DNA from: the human T2T-CHM13v2.0 reference genome, Homo sapiens
Assembly: GCF_009914755.1 (NCBI RefSeq)
Contig: NC_060928.1
Length of the DNA stretch: 64,000 bases
Strand: one strand, 5' to 3'
Below, piece after piece: positions 16,255 to 31,100 of the stretch (the stretch's first letter is position 1; every line of letters begins with the position of its first letter). Made by a program: the position numbers and the translations under genes. The notes under the pieces are model-generated. The model did no database searches and had not been told where the DNA came from. It worked only from the letters and a program-made list of their open reading frames with translations.

Positions 16255-16980
16255 GACTCCATTTTTAAAGCAGTTATTGAGTACTAATCCTGTGTTAGCC
16301 ACTGTATTAGGTGAAAAAAGTGAATAAATCTCAGCCCAGCCCTCAAGGGGCCTGAACTCTAATGGGAAAGACAGACAAGTAAATAGACTGATGGCACAGT
16401 GCCATGATAGCAAGGGGCACAGAACAGTACATAACCCAGACAGGAGTAAGGGGAGACTTCTCAGAGGAGTAATGCCTCAGAACTGAGTCTTGCTGTGATA
16501 ATAGGTATTACACAGCAAGGAATGGGGAGGAGGAAATGTGTACCAGGCAGAAAATAAGGCAAGACTGTTGGGAACAACCAGTAATTCTGCGTAGCTGGGG
16601 TGTAGGACAATTATATGCAATGGTAAGTAAGAGAATGGAGAGGTAGGAAGGGGCCAAGCCATTAAGAATCTTGTGTATGTTCTGCTAAGAAATGGGATGT
16701 TTCCCAAGGATTTTAGCTCCTAGGGATCTCAACCCAAGGATCAAACAGAACAGGAGCCAGGAGAAAACCAACAGCCAAGCATACACATAAGGGGGAGAAA
16801 GGAGCTAACAGAGTGAGAAATAATCATAGAAGCCAAGGAAAGCATTTCAACAAGCAGGGCTTGATTTACAAGATAGAGAAGGATGGAATTTAGAAGAACT
16901 TTACACTTAGTAACTAGGAAGTCTTTGATAACCTTAAAGTTTTGTAGGAGTGCGGCATAAAGCCAGATTACAAGGGACTA
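16255..16980. mobile_element. L2 fragments
   Basis: ttattgagtactaatcctgtgttagccactgtattagg and ctcaaggggcctgaactctaatggg...agacagacaagtaaa are typical decayed L2 motifs. Confidence 0.6.
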
Positions 16981-17004
16981 AAAAAAGTGGAGGAAAGAGT
17001 TTCT

Positions 17005-17128
17005 TCTTTTGTAAAGATGAGGTCTCACTATGTTGCCCAGGCTGGTCTCAAATTCCTAGGCTCAAGTGATCCTCCCACCTTGGCCTCCCAAAGTGGTGAG
17101 ATTACAGGTGTGATCCACTGTGCCCAGC
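17005..17128 (-). mobile_element. FLAM / Alu left monomer
   Basis: Single monomer: ggtctcactatgttgcccaggctggtctcaaattcctaggctcaagtgatcc... Confidence 0.85.
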
Positions 17129-18737
17129 TCAAAAGCATTTTGATTCTAGAAAAGTTTATTGATGAGAAGGACACAAAGAGGATAGAATGAGTTGGCTGGA
17201 GAGATGAGTAGCTATGGAGAGAGGCTCTGTTAGAACAAGGAGCTATGGACATGCCTGTTCAATGATGTCTGCCTCTTGGTGAGGTCATCCACTCAAAGGG
17301 GATTAAGACCGGGCTGAAGAACAGAAAGGTCGGAGCAGCCAACTGTGATGAGAGGAGTCCACTAGTAATAAAGCAAAGCACTGCCAAGAAGTATCAATAT
17401 GCACTGCAGAGGTTGGGTGATATGACCTTGATGTGGATTCAGTCCACATAATCATACAAAGTCTCTGGAATTTGGGGACCAAATCAGAGAAAAAGAATGG
17501 TAAAGTGCTTAGAGTTGAGGATCAGCAAAGCAGTCCTGGGGAAATTCTGTCAGACTAATGACCATGATTGGAATGATGGCCTATGTGGAGCAGGCTAAGA
17601 ATCAAACTAGGAACAAGAAGCCAAAGGGAGTTGCTGGGAAGCTGAGATGACAGCAAAGCGTGCATTCAGTTTGAGTGTCCGCAGTCTTCAATCATTACTT
17701 CCCCCTAGAGAAATTTGAGAAGACAAGCATCTTGAAATTCTCGGAGATAATAAATCCTGAACCAAGGCCATTTCACGAGGGTTGCTAATATGAAACAGAG
17801 TTGCAAAAGTCATTGGAGGAGAGGAAAATCAAGGAACCAAGAAGTAGGCTGAGAGGAGCGAAGTGTTTTTGCTCCTCCTTGCATCACCAGGTAGTGCCTA
17901 ACTCACAGTAGGCTTTCAGTAAAGAATGAATGAATGATATTGTCTAGTCTCATAGACATTTGAGTTATCTATGGTGATACAGGAGACACTGTGAATGTTA
18001 CAGTGGAATTAGGGAAAGGGAGGGGCAGAGCCACCGTAGTGAAGAAACAAAAGTTAAACCATCAACAATCCAGAACAAGGGTCTGAAAAGGAAGATAAAT
18101 GAGAAAGAAAACCAGGGCAAATCAGCAACATCTGTCATCCTGGGATCAGAATGATCTTCCACATGCTTGGCAGAGGCAGGTATTATACCAGAGCTCAGTA
18201 GACATTCATCTTCTGTCTTGTGTATCTTTTAAAGATTCCCTATACCTGAGGTTTTAGAAGGATTTCTGAAGAATTTCTAGCTGAGTTCACAGAGGTTGTG
18301 GTACTGTTAAATAAAGTTGGAACTCAAGAAAAACGAAAGAAGTGTGGGGTGAAGAAAATTAGGTTGGTGAAGCATACTGGCTGAGAATTCCCAGGCTCCT
18401 GAGAGTCTCCTTCTTTCTCATATTTCAGGTATGAACTAGTTGCTTCCCCATATGTTACTATGTCAGTAATATGCAGAATAAGAGCACATCCAGCAAGTGG
18501 AATGAATGGAATGTAGCGAGAAGGTCATAGAGAGAATAGCAGGAAAGGAATATGGCGATGGGGATACAAGATCTTTTCATCTCAGCCAGACCTCTCTTCT
18601 TCCCAAAGCACACTGTATTTCTAGCCACAAGTGAAACAATAGTGAATCTCTGAAAAGCTCATTGTCTATTGCCAACTCTAGGGACCATAAGCATAGGACA
18701 TTTGGTATTTCCTGGGCTGATATAATATAATCATTTA

Positions 18738-19209
<472 letters not shown>

Positions 19210-20839
19210 TTACATATACAAGTGTTTGTTTTTACTTTTTCTGGGATAATTGGGATTGCACAAATTGTAGGCAATTTACTGAAAAGTCTACTTTTTATTG
19301 TATCTGGTAACCGTGTACCATGTGTAGTTTCATAATTCTTAAGTGGTTTCAAAAGCAATGGCTCCCCAGAGAGTGCTGTAGGGAAACCTCAGGCCTGCAG
19401 TTTTCAAGCACTGGAACTGTAAAACCACCTCAACAGATCTGGAAGCTCAGTGTTTGCAACTGAAAGGCCATGATCTATTCAGACTAAATGTTGGCTGATA
19501 ATTAAAAGGCAGGGAATTTCCATATTTAAAACTTGAGGAGAGATGGCGAGATGGCTGACTAGACACAGCCAGGAGGAATATCTGCCACCGAGAAACCAGG
19601 ACATTGGGAAGACTGGCATATTTCTAACAGATCTTCAGAAGGAAGGCATTGAGAGTGGATGTTGAGAAGACACAGATGCTGGGCTAAAGGGGGAGGAAGC
19701 TGGGAACCCTGCACGGGGCCACCGCACACTGGGACTTGGTCCTAGCCCCCAGTGACTCCTGGGGAAAGGGTGAGTTGAACAGGCAAGGAGCAACCCACTC
19801 TCACCATAGACCTCCAGAATCCTGACAGCAGGAGACTCCATGACCACCATGGCCACTTGAATTGACAAGGAGAGCTGCTCAGAGAAGTGGTGGGGGCAGA
19901 ACTCCAGCTGGTGCAGAGCCCAGAGGGTTTTGTGCAGAAGTACATATAGTGGAGCATAGCCAGGGATGCCCATGACCATAGGCTCCGCTCACTCCCACAG
20001 GGGACTTTAGCTCCAATAGAACTGTCAGGCCTGAACTCTGCAGGGTGATCCTGCCCATAAGATGGGGCCAGCCTGACCTGAGCACCTCTCAGTCTAGTGG
20101 CCTCTCCTGGTACCCCAGCCTGGCCATGCCCACTTGCAGTGCAGCCTCAGGTGCCCAGGGAGGATACCTCCTGGGGGCCCACATCATGGTTCCTGTGCTG
20201 GCAGACCATGCCTGACTGGAAGACAGCTCCAGTGGGAGCAGAGCAGCTCCAGCCCATTCACACCCTTTCCTCACTGCAGCCTCCCCTGCGCTGATTTGCC
20301 TGCACGCATTCACACACAGCCACCCCCAACATCACTACGCCAGTGCATGTGTGCATCAGCAGACCTTGCTTCCTTTTCCCCACCAGCAGGCATGTGCGTG
20401 TGCACCCTGTCATGCCACTGCTGCTGGCATGAGTGCACGCTGCCCCTTTCCCCCACCACACTGCCACTGCTGTCAAGTGTTGGCAGACACAGAGTCTGCC
20501 AGCCATGACCCCACCAGTGCCTCATCCCTGCACTGTCATTGCCACTGGTGCAAAACTAGGCACAGAAAACAGTGGATGTGCCCCCACCCTAAGTAGCCAC
20601 CACTGCTGGTGTGAATGTGCGCAGAAGGCACATAGTCTTGTGCCCAACAGTGCCCTGCCCCCATGCTAACACCACCACTGGCAGGAATGTATGCACAGTC
20701 ACCGGCAGAATCCCTCACGTCCCCCACACCAGCACCTCTCAGCCATGCTGCCACCACTGCTGTTGCAAATGCCCACACAGAGACAGACACCTTGGTATCC
20801 ATTAGCAACCTTCTGCAGCCAATGAGTGTGCACCCCGCC

Positions 20840-20842
<3 letters not shown>

Positions 20843-20872
<30 letters not shown>
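20843..20872 (+). repeat. (CTG)10 trinucleotide repeat in L1 5' UTR
   Basis: Directly visible pure repeat. Confidence 0.95.
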
Positions 20873-20873
<1 letters not shown>

Positions 20874-23800
20874 CTTGTACAAACAAGGATAGATCCCACT
20901 GCTAGTGCCCTACAAAGTGCTTTGGCTGGCACTACCCATTGGAGTGTTGTGACTAGCTTGTGACTAGCAGCCGAAGAATACATCAGCCCCTCCAGTGCAG
21001 CAGGTTTCCAACCTCAAGGAGCCAGAGAACAAAGCCAGGACCCAATACCAGTCCCCCAGAGTTACAGCATGCAGTCTAGGAGTCCTGAGCTGAGGCCTGG
21101 CTCCCTAAAATCTTCCAGAAATGAAGCCAGTCAAATGAATCCACCTTATACCACAATCAAACCCCCAAGGTCATTAAATAGGATAAATAAAATAAAATAA
21201 AAACCATAAAATAAATAATAAAATAATAAATAAATAAATAAAATAAAATAAAGACCATCCAAAGGACAGCAACTTTAAATACTGAAGGACTATCATCCCA
21301 CAAAGATGAGAAAGAAACAGCACAAGAACTCTGACAATTCAAAAAGCCAGAGTGCCTTTTTTCCTCAAATGATTGCGCTAGTTCTCTAGCAAGGGTTCTC
21401 AACTTGGCTGAGATGGCTGAAATGACAGAGATAGAATTCAGATGATGGATAGGAACAAAGATGATTGAGATTCAGGAAAACATTGAAACCCAATTGAAGG
21501 ATGCCAAGAATCACAACAAAATGATACAGGAGCTGACAGACAAAATGGCCTGTACAGAAAAGAATGTAACCAACCCAAGAGAGCTGGAAAAACACACTAC
21601 AAGAATTTCATAACGCAATCTCAAGTATTCACAGCAGAATAGATCAAGATGAAAGATGAAAGAATCTCAGAGCTTGAAGACTGGCTTTCTGAAATAAGAC
21701 AGACAAGAATAAAGAAAGAATGAAAATAAACAAAATCTCCGAGAAACATGGAATTATGCAAAAAGACAAAATCTATGATTCATTGGCATCACTGAAAGAG
21801 ATGCAGAGAATGGAAGCAACTTAGAAAACATATTTCAGGATATCATCTATGAGAAATTCCTCAACCTAGCTAGAGAGGCCAACATTCAAATACAAGAAAT
21901 GCAGAGAACCTCCTCATGATACTTCACAAGAAGATCATCCCCAAACACATAATCATCAGATTCCCCAAGGTCAAAATGAAAGAAAAATGTTAAAGGCAGT
22001 TAGAGAGAAAGGTCAGGTCACATACAAAGGGAAGCCCATCAGACTAACAGTGGACTTCTCAGCAAAAACCCTACAAGCCAGAAGAGATTGGGGGCCTATA
22101 TTCAACGTTATTAAAGACAAGAAATTCCATACCTGGCCAAAATAAGCTTCATAAGTGAAGGAGAAATACGAGCCTTTTCAGACAAGCAAATGCTGAGGGA
22201 ATTCGTTACCACCAGATGTGTCCTACAAGAGCTCCTGAAAGAAGCACTAAATATGGAAAGGAAAGACTATTACCAACCACTACAAAGACATACTGGAAGT
22301 ACACAGACCAGTGACACTATAAAGCAACCAGACAAACGTCTGCATAATAACCAGCTGCCAACACAATGACAGGATCAAATCCAGATGTATCAATGCTAAC
22401 CTTGAATATAAATGGATTAAATATCCCAATTAAAAGGCACAGACTGACAAGCTGGATAAAGAAACAAGACCCAATGATATGCTGTCTTCAGGAGAAGATA
22501 TGCAATGACATCCATATGTTCAAAACAAAGGGATGGAGAAAAATCTACCAAGTAAACAGAAAAAAAGTGGGGCTTGTGATCCTAATTTCAAACAAAACAT
22601 TTAAAACCAACAACAATTTAAAAAGACAAAGAATGGCATTACGTAATAGTAAAGGGTTCAATTCAACAAGACCTAACTATGCTAAATGTATATGCGTCCA
22701 ACACAGGAGCACCCAGATTCATAAAGCAAGTTCTTAGAGATCTTCAAAGAGACTTAGACTCCCACACAAAAACAGAGGGAGACTTCTACACCTCACTAAC
22801 AGTATTAGACAGATAATCAAGACAGAAATTTAACAAAGATATTCAGGACATGAACTCAGCACTGGAACAAATGGACGTGATGGACACCTACAGAACTCTT
22901 TACCCCAAAACAACAGAGTATACATTCTTCTCATTGCTGCATGGTACATACTCTAAAATCAATCACACAATTGGACGTAAAACACTCCTCAGCAAATGCA
23001 AAAGCACTGATATTATACCAACCACTATTTTGGACCACAGTGCAATAAAAATAGAAGTCAAGACTAAGAAAATCATTCAAAACTATACTACTACCTAGAA
23101 ATTAAACAACCTGTTCCTGAATGACTTGGGTAAATAATGAAATTAAGGCAGAAATCAAGAAGTTCTTTCAAACTAATGAGAGCAAACATACAATATATCA
23201 GACTCTGGGACATAGCTAAGACAGTGTTAAGAGGAAAATCTGTAGCACTAAATGCCCACATAAAAAGGTTAGAAATATCTCAAGTTAACGACCTAACATT
23301 ACAATGAAAAGAATTAGAGAAGCAAGAGCAAACCAACCCCAAAGCTAGCAGAAGACAAGAAACAACCAAAATCAGAGCTGAACTGAAGGAGATTGAGACA
23401 AGAAAAATCATTCAAAAGATCAATACATCCAGGAGTTGTTTTTTTGGAAAAAAAAAATAAGATAGACAAACTGCTAGCTAGACTAATAAAAAAGAAAAAA
23501 GAGATGATCCAAATAAATAGAATAAGAAATGGCAAAGGGGATGTTACCATTGACCCCACAAAAATACAAATAACCTTGCAGACAAACCAGAAAATCTAGA
23601 AGAAATTGATAAATTCCTGGACACATAAACCCTCCCAAGACTGAAATAGGAAGAAATTGAATCTTGAAAAGACCATAATGGGCTCCAAAATTGAATCAGT
23701 AATGAATAGCCTACCAACCAAAAAAAGCCCAGGACCACATGGATTCACAGCCAAATTCTACCAGCTGTATAAAGAAGAGCTGGTACTATTCCTACTGAAA

Positions 23801-25916
23801 CTACTCCAAAAAATTGAGGAGGAGGGACTCTTCCCCAACTCATTTTATGAGTTGGTATCATCGTCACACCAAAACCTGACAGAGACACAAGAAAAGAAAA
23901 TTTCAGGCCAATATTCTTGAAAATAGATGCAAAATTCCTCAACAAAATACTAACAAACCAAATCTAACAGCACATCAAAAAAGCTTAACCACCACAATAA
24001 AGTAGGCTTTATCCCTAAGATGCAAGGTTGGTTCAACATATGCAAATCAATAAATATGATTGATCATTTAAACAGAACTAATGACAAAAACCACATGATT
24101 ATCTTAATAAACTAGGTATTGAAGGAACATACCTTAATATAATAAAAGCCATCAATGACAAACCCACAACCAACATTATACTGAACTGGGAGAAAACGGA
24201 AAAATTCACCTTGAAAATTGGCACATGACAATGATGCCCATAGCCACTCTCACCACTCCTATTCAGCATAGTATTGGAAGTCCTGGCCAGAACAGTCAAG
24301 CAAGAAAAGAAATAAAGTGCATCTAAACAGGAAGAAGGAAAGTCAAACTATCCCTGTTTGCAGGCAACATGATTCTATCTAGAACACCACATATTCTTGG
24401 CCCAAAAGCTCCTTAAGCTGATAAACAACTTCAGCAAAGTTTCCGTAGACAAAATCAATGTACAAAAAATCATTAGCATTCCTATACACCAACAATAGCC
24501 AAGCTGAGAGCCAAATCAGGAACCGATCCCATTTACAATTACAACAAAAAGAATAAAATACCTAGGAATACAGCCAGCCAGGGAGGTGAAAGATCTCTAC
24601 AGTGAGGATTACAAAACACTGCTCAAGGAAATCAGAGAAGACACAAACAAATGGAAAAACATTCTATGCACATGGGTGAGAAGAATCAATATTGTTAAAA
24701 TGGCCATACTGCCCAAAGCAATTTACAGATTCAATATTATTCCTATCAAACTACCAATGACATTCTTCACAGAACTAGAAAAACCTATTTTAAAATTCGT
24801 ATGGAATCAAAAAAGAGCCTGAATAACCAAGGCAATACTAAGCAAAAGGACAAAGCTGGAGGCATCACATTACCCAACTTCAAACTATACTGCAGGACCA
24901 CAGTAACCAAAACAGCATGCTACTTGTCCTAAAGCACATAGACCAATGGAACAGAATGAAGAGCCTGGAAATAAGGCCACACACCTACAACCATCTGATC
25001 TTTGACAAAGCTGATGAAAACAAGCAATGGGGAAAGGATTTCTGATTCAATAAGTGGTGCTGGGATAACTGGCTAGCCATATGCCGAAGACTGAAACTGG
25101 AGCTCTTTCTCATACCATACAAAAATCAACTCAAGATGGATTAAAAACTTAAATGTAAAACCTACAACTATAAAAACCTTGGAAGACAATCTAGGCAATA
25201 CCAACCTGGACAGAGGAACTGGCAAAGATTTCATGATGAAGGTGCCAAAAGCAATTGCAACAACAGCAAAAAATTGACAATTGGGATCTAATTAAATGAA
25301 AATGCTTCTGCGTAGCAAAAGAAACTATCAACAGAGTAAATAGACATCTACAAAATGGGAGAAAATATTTGCAAACTATGCACCTGACAAAGGTCTAACA
25401 TCCAGCACCTATGTGGAACTTTACAAGCAAATTTACAAGGGAAAATACCAAACAACCCCATTAAAAAGTGGGGGCAAAGGACATGAACAGACACTTCTCA
25501 AAAAGAAGACATACATGGAGCCAACAAGCATATTTTAAAAAGCTCAATACCACTGATTATTAGAGAAATGCAAATCATAACCATAATGAGATACCATCTC
25601 ACACCAGTCACAATGGCTATTATTAGAAAATCAAAAAAATAACATACTGGTGAGGTTGCAGAGAAGAGGAAATGCTTATATACTATTGGTGGGAGTATAA
25701 ATTAGCTTCAACCACTGTGGAAAGTAGTGTGGCAATTCCTCAAAGAGCTAAAAACAGAGCTCTCATTTAACCCAGCAATCCTACTGCAGGGTATATACCC
25801 AAAAGAATATAAACTATTCTACCATAAAGACATATGCATGTATATGTTCACTGCAGCACTATTCACAATAGCAAAGACACAGAATCAACTTACATGTACA
25901 TCAATGATAGACTGGA

Positions 25917-26277
25917 TGTATTAGTCTGTTTTCACACTGCTGATAAAGACATGCCCAATACTGGGTAATTTATGAAGAAAAAGAGGTGAACAGACTCATA
26001 GTTCCATGCAGCTGGGGAAGCCTCACAATCACGGCAGAAGGCAAAAGGCACATCTTACATGGTGGCAGGCAGGAGAGAATGAAAGCCAAGAAAAAGGGAT
26101 TTCCCCTTATAAAACCATCAGATCTTGTGAAACTTATTCACCACCATGAGAACAGTATGGGGGAAACTGCCCTCATGATTCAATTATCTCCTACCAGGTC
26201 CCTCCCACAACACGTGCAAATTATGGAAGCTACAAGTCAAGATAAGATTTGGGTGGGGACACAGCCAAATCATATCA
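25917..26277 (-). mobile_element. THE1 (THE1C-like) MaLR solo LTR inserted into the L1 3' end
   Basis: TG...CA termini (tgtattagtc...catatca) and perfect 5-bp TSD ctgga (25912-25916, 26278-26282). Confidence 0.92.
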
Positions 26278-26683
26278 CTGGATAAAGAAAATGTGGTACA
26301 TAACCCATGGAATACTATGCAGCCATAAAAAAGAACAAGATCACAACCTCTTCAGGAACATGGATGAAGCTGGAGGACATTATCCTTAGCAAAATAACTC
26401 AGGAACAGAAAACCAAAGACCACATGTCCTCACTTATAAGTGGAAGCTAAATGATAAGAACACATGGATATAAAGAGGGGAACAATAGACACTGGGGCCT
26501 ACCTGAGGGTGGGGGGGGGAATGAGGAAGAGGATCAGAAAAAATAATTATTGGGTATTAGGCTTAGTACTTGGGTGATGAAATAATCTGTACAACAAACC
26601 CCTATGACATGAGTTTACCTATATAACAAACCTGGACATGTACCCTGAACCTAAAATAAAAGTTTTTAAAAAACAGTAAGAGA

Positions 26684-27055
<372 letters not shown>

Positions 27056-27271
27056 CTAAGAAATACTTTGTGAAAAGCTGACAATTTGTAAGTTTCCCCT
27101 TGATCCAAAAAACAAATATATCAAAGGAACATGGCTCTCTTTATCTCTAAACATAGACAATTTTTAAAATGGAGTGGAAAGAAAGAAAGAAAGAAAGAAA
27201 AGAAATTGCAACAGTGCTCCTTGTTACTCTAGGATTACAAACCCTGTGAGAACATGAGAGAGAATATTTTC

Positions 27272-27652
<381 letters not shown>

Positions 27653-28159
27653 GGAGAGAGAACATTTTCATCTTTGCTTTGGTCTTGTGTCTGACAGAGA
27701 CTAGACAAGAGTCACCTACACCTAATTTCCATCCCATGGATTTTTAATTATACTGCAGATGTAATGGCTAGGAGTGGATACTGACTTATATAGACTTGCC
27801 AGCTCTACCATTTTCTAGCTGTATCATCTCAGGCAAGTGAATTAATGCCTGAGCTTTAGTTTCATTATCTGTAAAATGGAAAAATAACAGTCACTCTCTC
27901 ATAGGTGAGGTCGTAATGGTGTGATGCACATTAAATACTTGCACAGAGCCACACAGTAAGTGCTTAATAGTGGCTTGGCTGCAATAGTCATGGTGACCTA
28001 GACAGGTTCATTAATACAGGCCTAGTGTATACAAAATAAGTGGAAGTGGTAGGGTTTTCAGTATCCCTGGGATATGAGAGATGACTTGAAACCCAGTAAG
28101 AATTTTTTAAAACCCTGTAACAATAATAAGCATTATGGTAAAGAAAAGAAGAAAAAAAG

Positions 28160-31100
28160 AGATCCATTCCAAAAAGGCCAAATAAGAACTGCTCTGGTCT
28201 GCAGCTGCCAGCATGATCGACTCAGAAGATGGGTGATTTCTGCATTTCCAACTGAGGTACCTGGTTCATCTCTTTGGGACTGGTTGGACAGTGGATACAG
28301 CCCATGGAGGGTGAGCCAAAGCAAGGCAGGGCATTGCTTCACCCAGGAAGTGCAAGAGGTTGGGGGATATCCCTTTCCTAGCCAAGGGAAGCCATGACAG
28401 ACCGTACCCGGAAAAATGGGACACTTTGGCCCAAATACTGCACATTTTCCAAGGTCTTACAACTGGCAGACAAGGAGATTCTCTCCCATGCCTGGCTTGG
28501 CAGGTCCCACGCCCACGGAGCCTTTCTCACTGCTAGCGCAGCAATCTGAGATGGAGCTTCAAGGCAGCAGCCCAGCTGGGGGAGGTGCATCTGCCATTGC
28601 TGAGGCTTGAGTAGGTAAACAAAGTGGCCGGGAAACTCGAACTGGGTGGAGCCCACTGCAGCTCAGCCAGGCCTACTGCCTCTATAGACTCCACTTCTGT
28701 GGGCAGGGCATAGCTGAACAAAAGGCAGCAGACAACTTCTGCAGAGTTAAACATCCCTGTCTGACAGCTCTGAAGAGAGCAATGGTTCTCCCAGCATGGC
28801 ATTTGAACTCTGAGAATGGGCAGACTGCCTCTTCAAGTGGGTCCCTGACCCCCGTGTAGCCTAACTGGGAGATACTACACACTCGGGGCTGACAGAAACC
28901 TCATATAGGTGGGTGCCCCTCTGGGACGGAACTTCCAGAGGAAGGATCAGGGAGCAATACTTGCTGTTCTGCAATATTTGCTGTTCTGCAGCCTACACTG
29001 GTGATACCCAGGCAGACAGGGTCTGGAGTGGACCTCTAGCAAACTCCAACGGATCTGCAGTTGAGGGACCTGACTGTTAGAAGGAAAACAGAAACGAATA
29101 GCATCAACATCAACAAAAAAGGACATATACACCAAAACCCCATCTGTAGGTCACCAACATCAAAGACCAACGGTAGATAAAACCACAAAGATGGGGAGAA
29201 ACCAGAGCAGAAAAGCTGAAAATACTAAAAACCAGAGCGCTTCTTGTCCTCCAAAGGATCACAGCTCCTCGCCAGCAACAAAAAAAAGCGGACGGAGAAT
29301 GACTTTGACGAGTTGACAGAAGGAGGCTTCAGAAGGTTGGTAATAACAAACTTCTCCAAGCTAAAGGAGCATGTTCTAAACCATTGCAAGGAAGCTAAAA
29401 ACCTTGAAAAAAGGTTAGACAAATGGCTAACTAGAATAAACAGTGTAGAGAAGACCTTAAATGACCTGATGGAGCTGAAAACCAGGCACGAGAACTTCAA
29501 GACGCATGCACAAGCTTCAATAGCTGATTCGATCGGGTGCAAGAAAGGATATCAGTGATTGAAGATCAAATTCATGAAATAAAGCAAGAAGACAAATTTA
29601 GAGAAAAAAGAGTAAAAAGAAATGAACAAAGCCTCCAGGAAATATGGGACTATATGAAAAGACCAAATCTACGTCTGACTGGTGTACTTGAAAGTGATGG
29701 GGAGAATGGAACCAAGTTGGAAAACACTCTTCAGGATATTATCCAGGAGAACTTTCCCAACCTAGCAAGGCAGGCCAACATTCAAATTCAGGAAATACAG
29801 AGAACACCACAAAGATACTCCTTGAGAAAAGCAACCCCAAGACACATAATTGTCAGATTCACCAAGGTTGAAATGAAGGAAAAAATGTTAAGGGTAGCCA
29901 GAGAGAAAAGTCAGGTTACCCACAAAGGGAAGCCCATCAGACTTACAGCTGATCTCTCGGGAGACACCCTACAAGCCAGAGGAGAGTTGGGGCCAATATG
30001 CAACATTCTTAAAGAAAAGAATTTTCAACCCAGAATTTCATAACCAGCCAAACTAAGCTTCATAAGTGAAGGAGAAATAAAATCCTTTACAGACAAGCAA
30101 ATGCTGAGAGATTTTGTCACCACCAGGCCTGCTTTACAAGAGCTCCTGAAGAAAGCACTAAACATGGAAAGGAAAAACCAGTACCAGCCACTGCAAAAAC
30201 ATGCCAAATTGTAAAGCCCATTGATGCTAGGAAGAAACTGCATCAACTAATGAGCAAAATAACCAGCTAACATCATAATGACAGGATCAAATTCACACAT
30301 AACAATATTAACCTTAAATGTAAATGGGCTAAATGTTCCAATTAAAAGACACAGACTGGCAAATTGAATCAAAAGTCAAGATCCATCAGTGTGCTGTATT
30401 CAGGAGATGCATCTCAAGTGCAGAGACACACATAGGCTAAAAATAAAGGGTTGGAGGAAGATCTACCAAGAAAATGGAAAGCAAAAAAAAGCAGGGTTTG
30501 CAATCCTAGTCTCTGGTAAAACAGACTTTAAACCAACGAAGATCAAAAGAGACAAAGAAGACCATTACATGATGGTAAAGGGATCAATTCAACAAGAAGA
30601 GCTAACCATCCTAAATATACATGCACCCAATACAGGAGCACCCAGATCCATCAAGCAAGTCCTTAGAGACCTACAAAGAGACTTAGACTCCCACACAATA
30701 ATAATGGGAGACTTTAAAACCCCACTGTCAATATTAGACAGATCAACAAGACAGAAGGTTAACAAGGATATCCAGGAATTGAACTCAGCTCTGCACCAAG
30801 CAGACCTAATAAACGTCTACAGAACTCTCCACCCCAAATCAACAGAATATACATTCCTCTCAGCCCACATCACACTTATTCTAAAATTGACCACATAATT
30901 GGAAGTAAAGCACTCCTCAGCAAATGTAAAAGAACAGAAATCACAACAAACTGTCTGTCAGACCAGAGTGCAATCAAATTAGAACTCAGGTTTAAGAAAC
31001 TCACTCAAAACCGCTCAACTACATGGAAACTGAACAACTTGCTCCTGAATGACTACTGGATAAATAATGGAATGAAGGCAGAAATAAGATGTTCTTTGAA

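Noticed and set aside
20089-20983. Dense overlapping ORFs with poly-Q/L/S tracts
   Set aside because: Products of a GC-rich, stop-poor L1 5' UTR and the (CTG)10 repeat.
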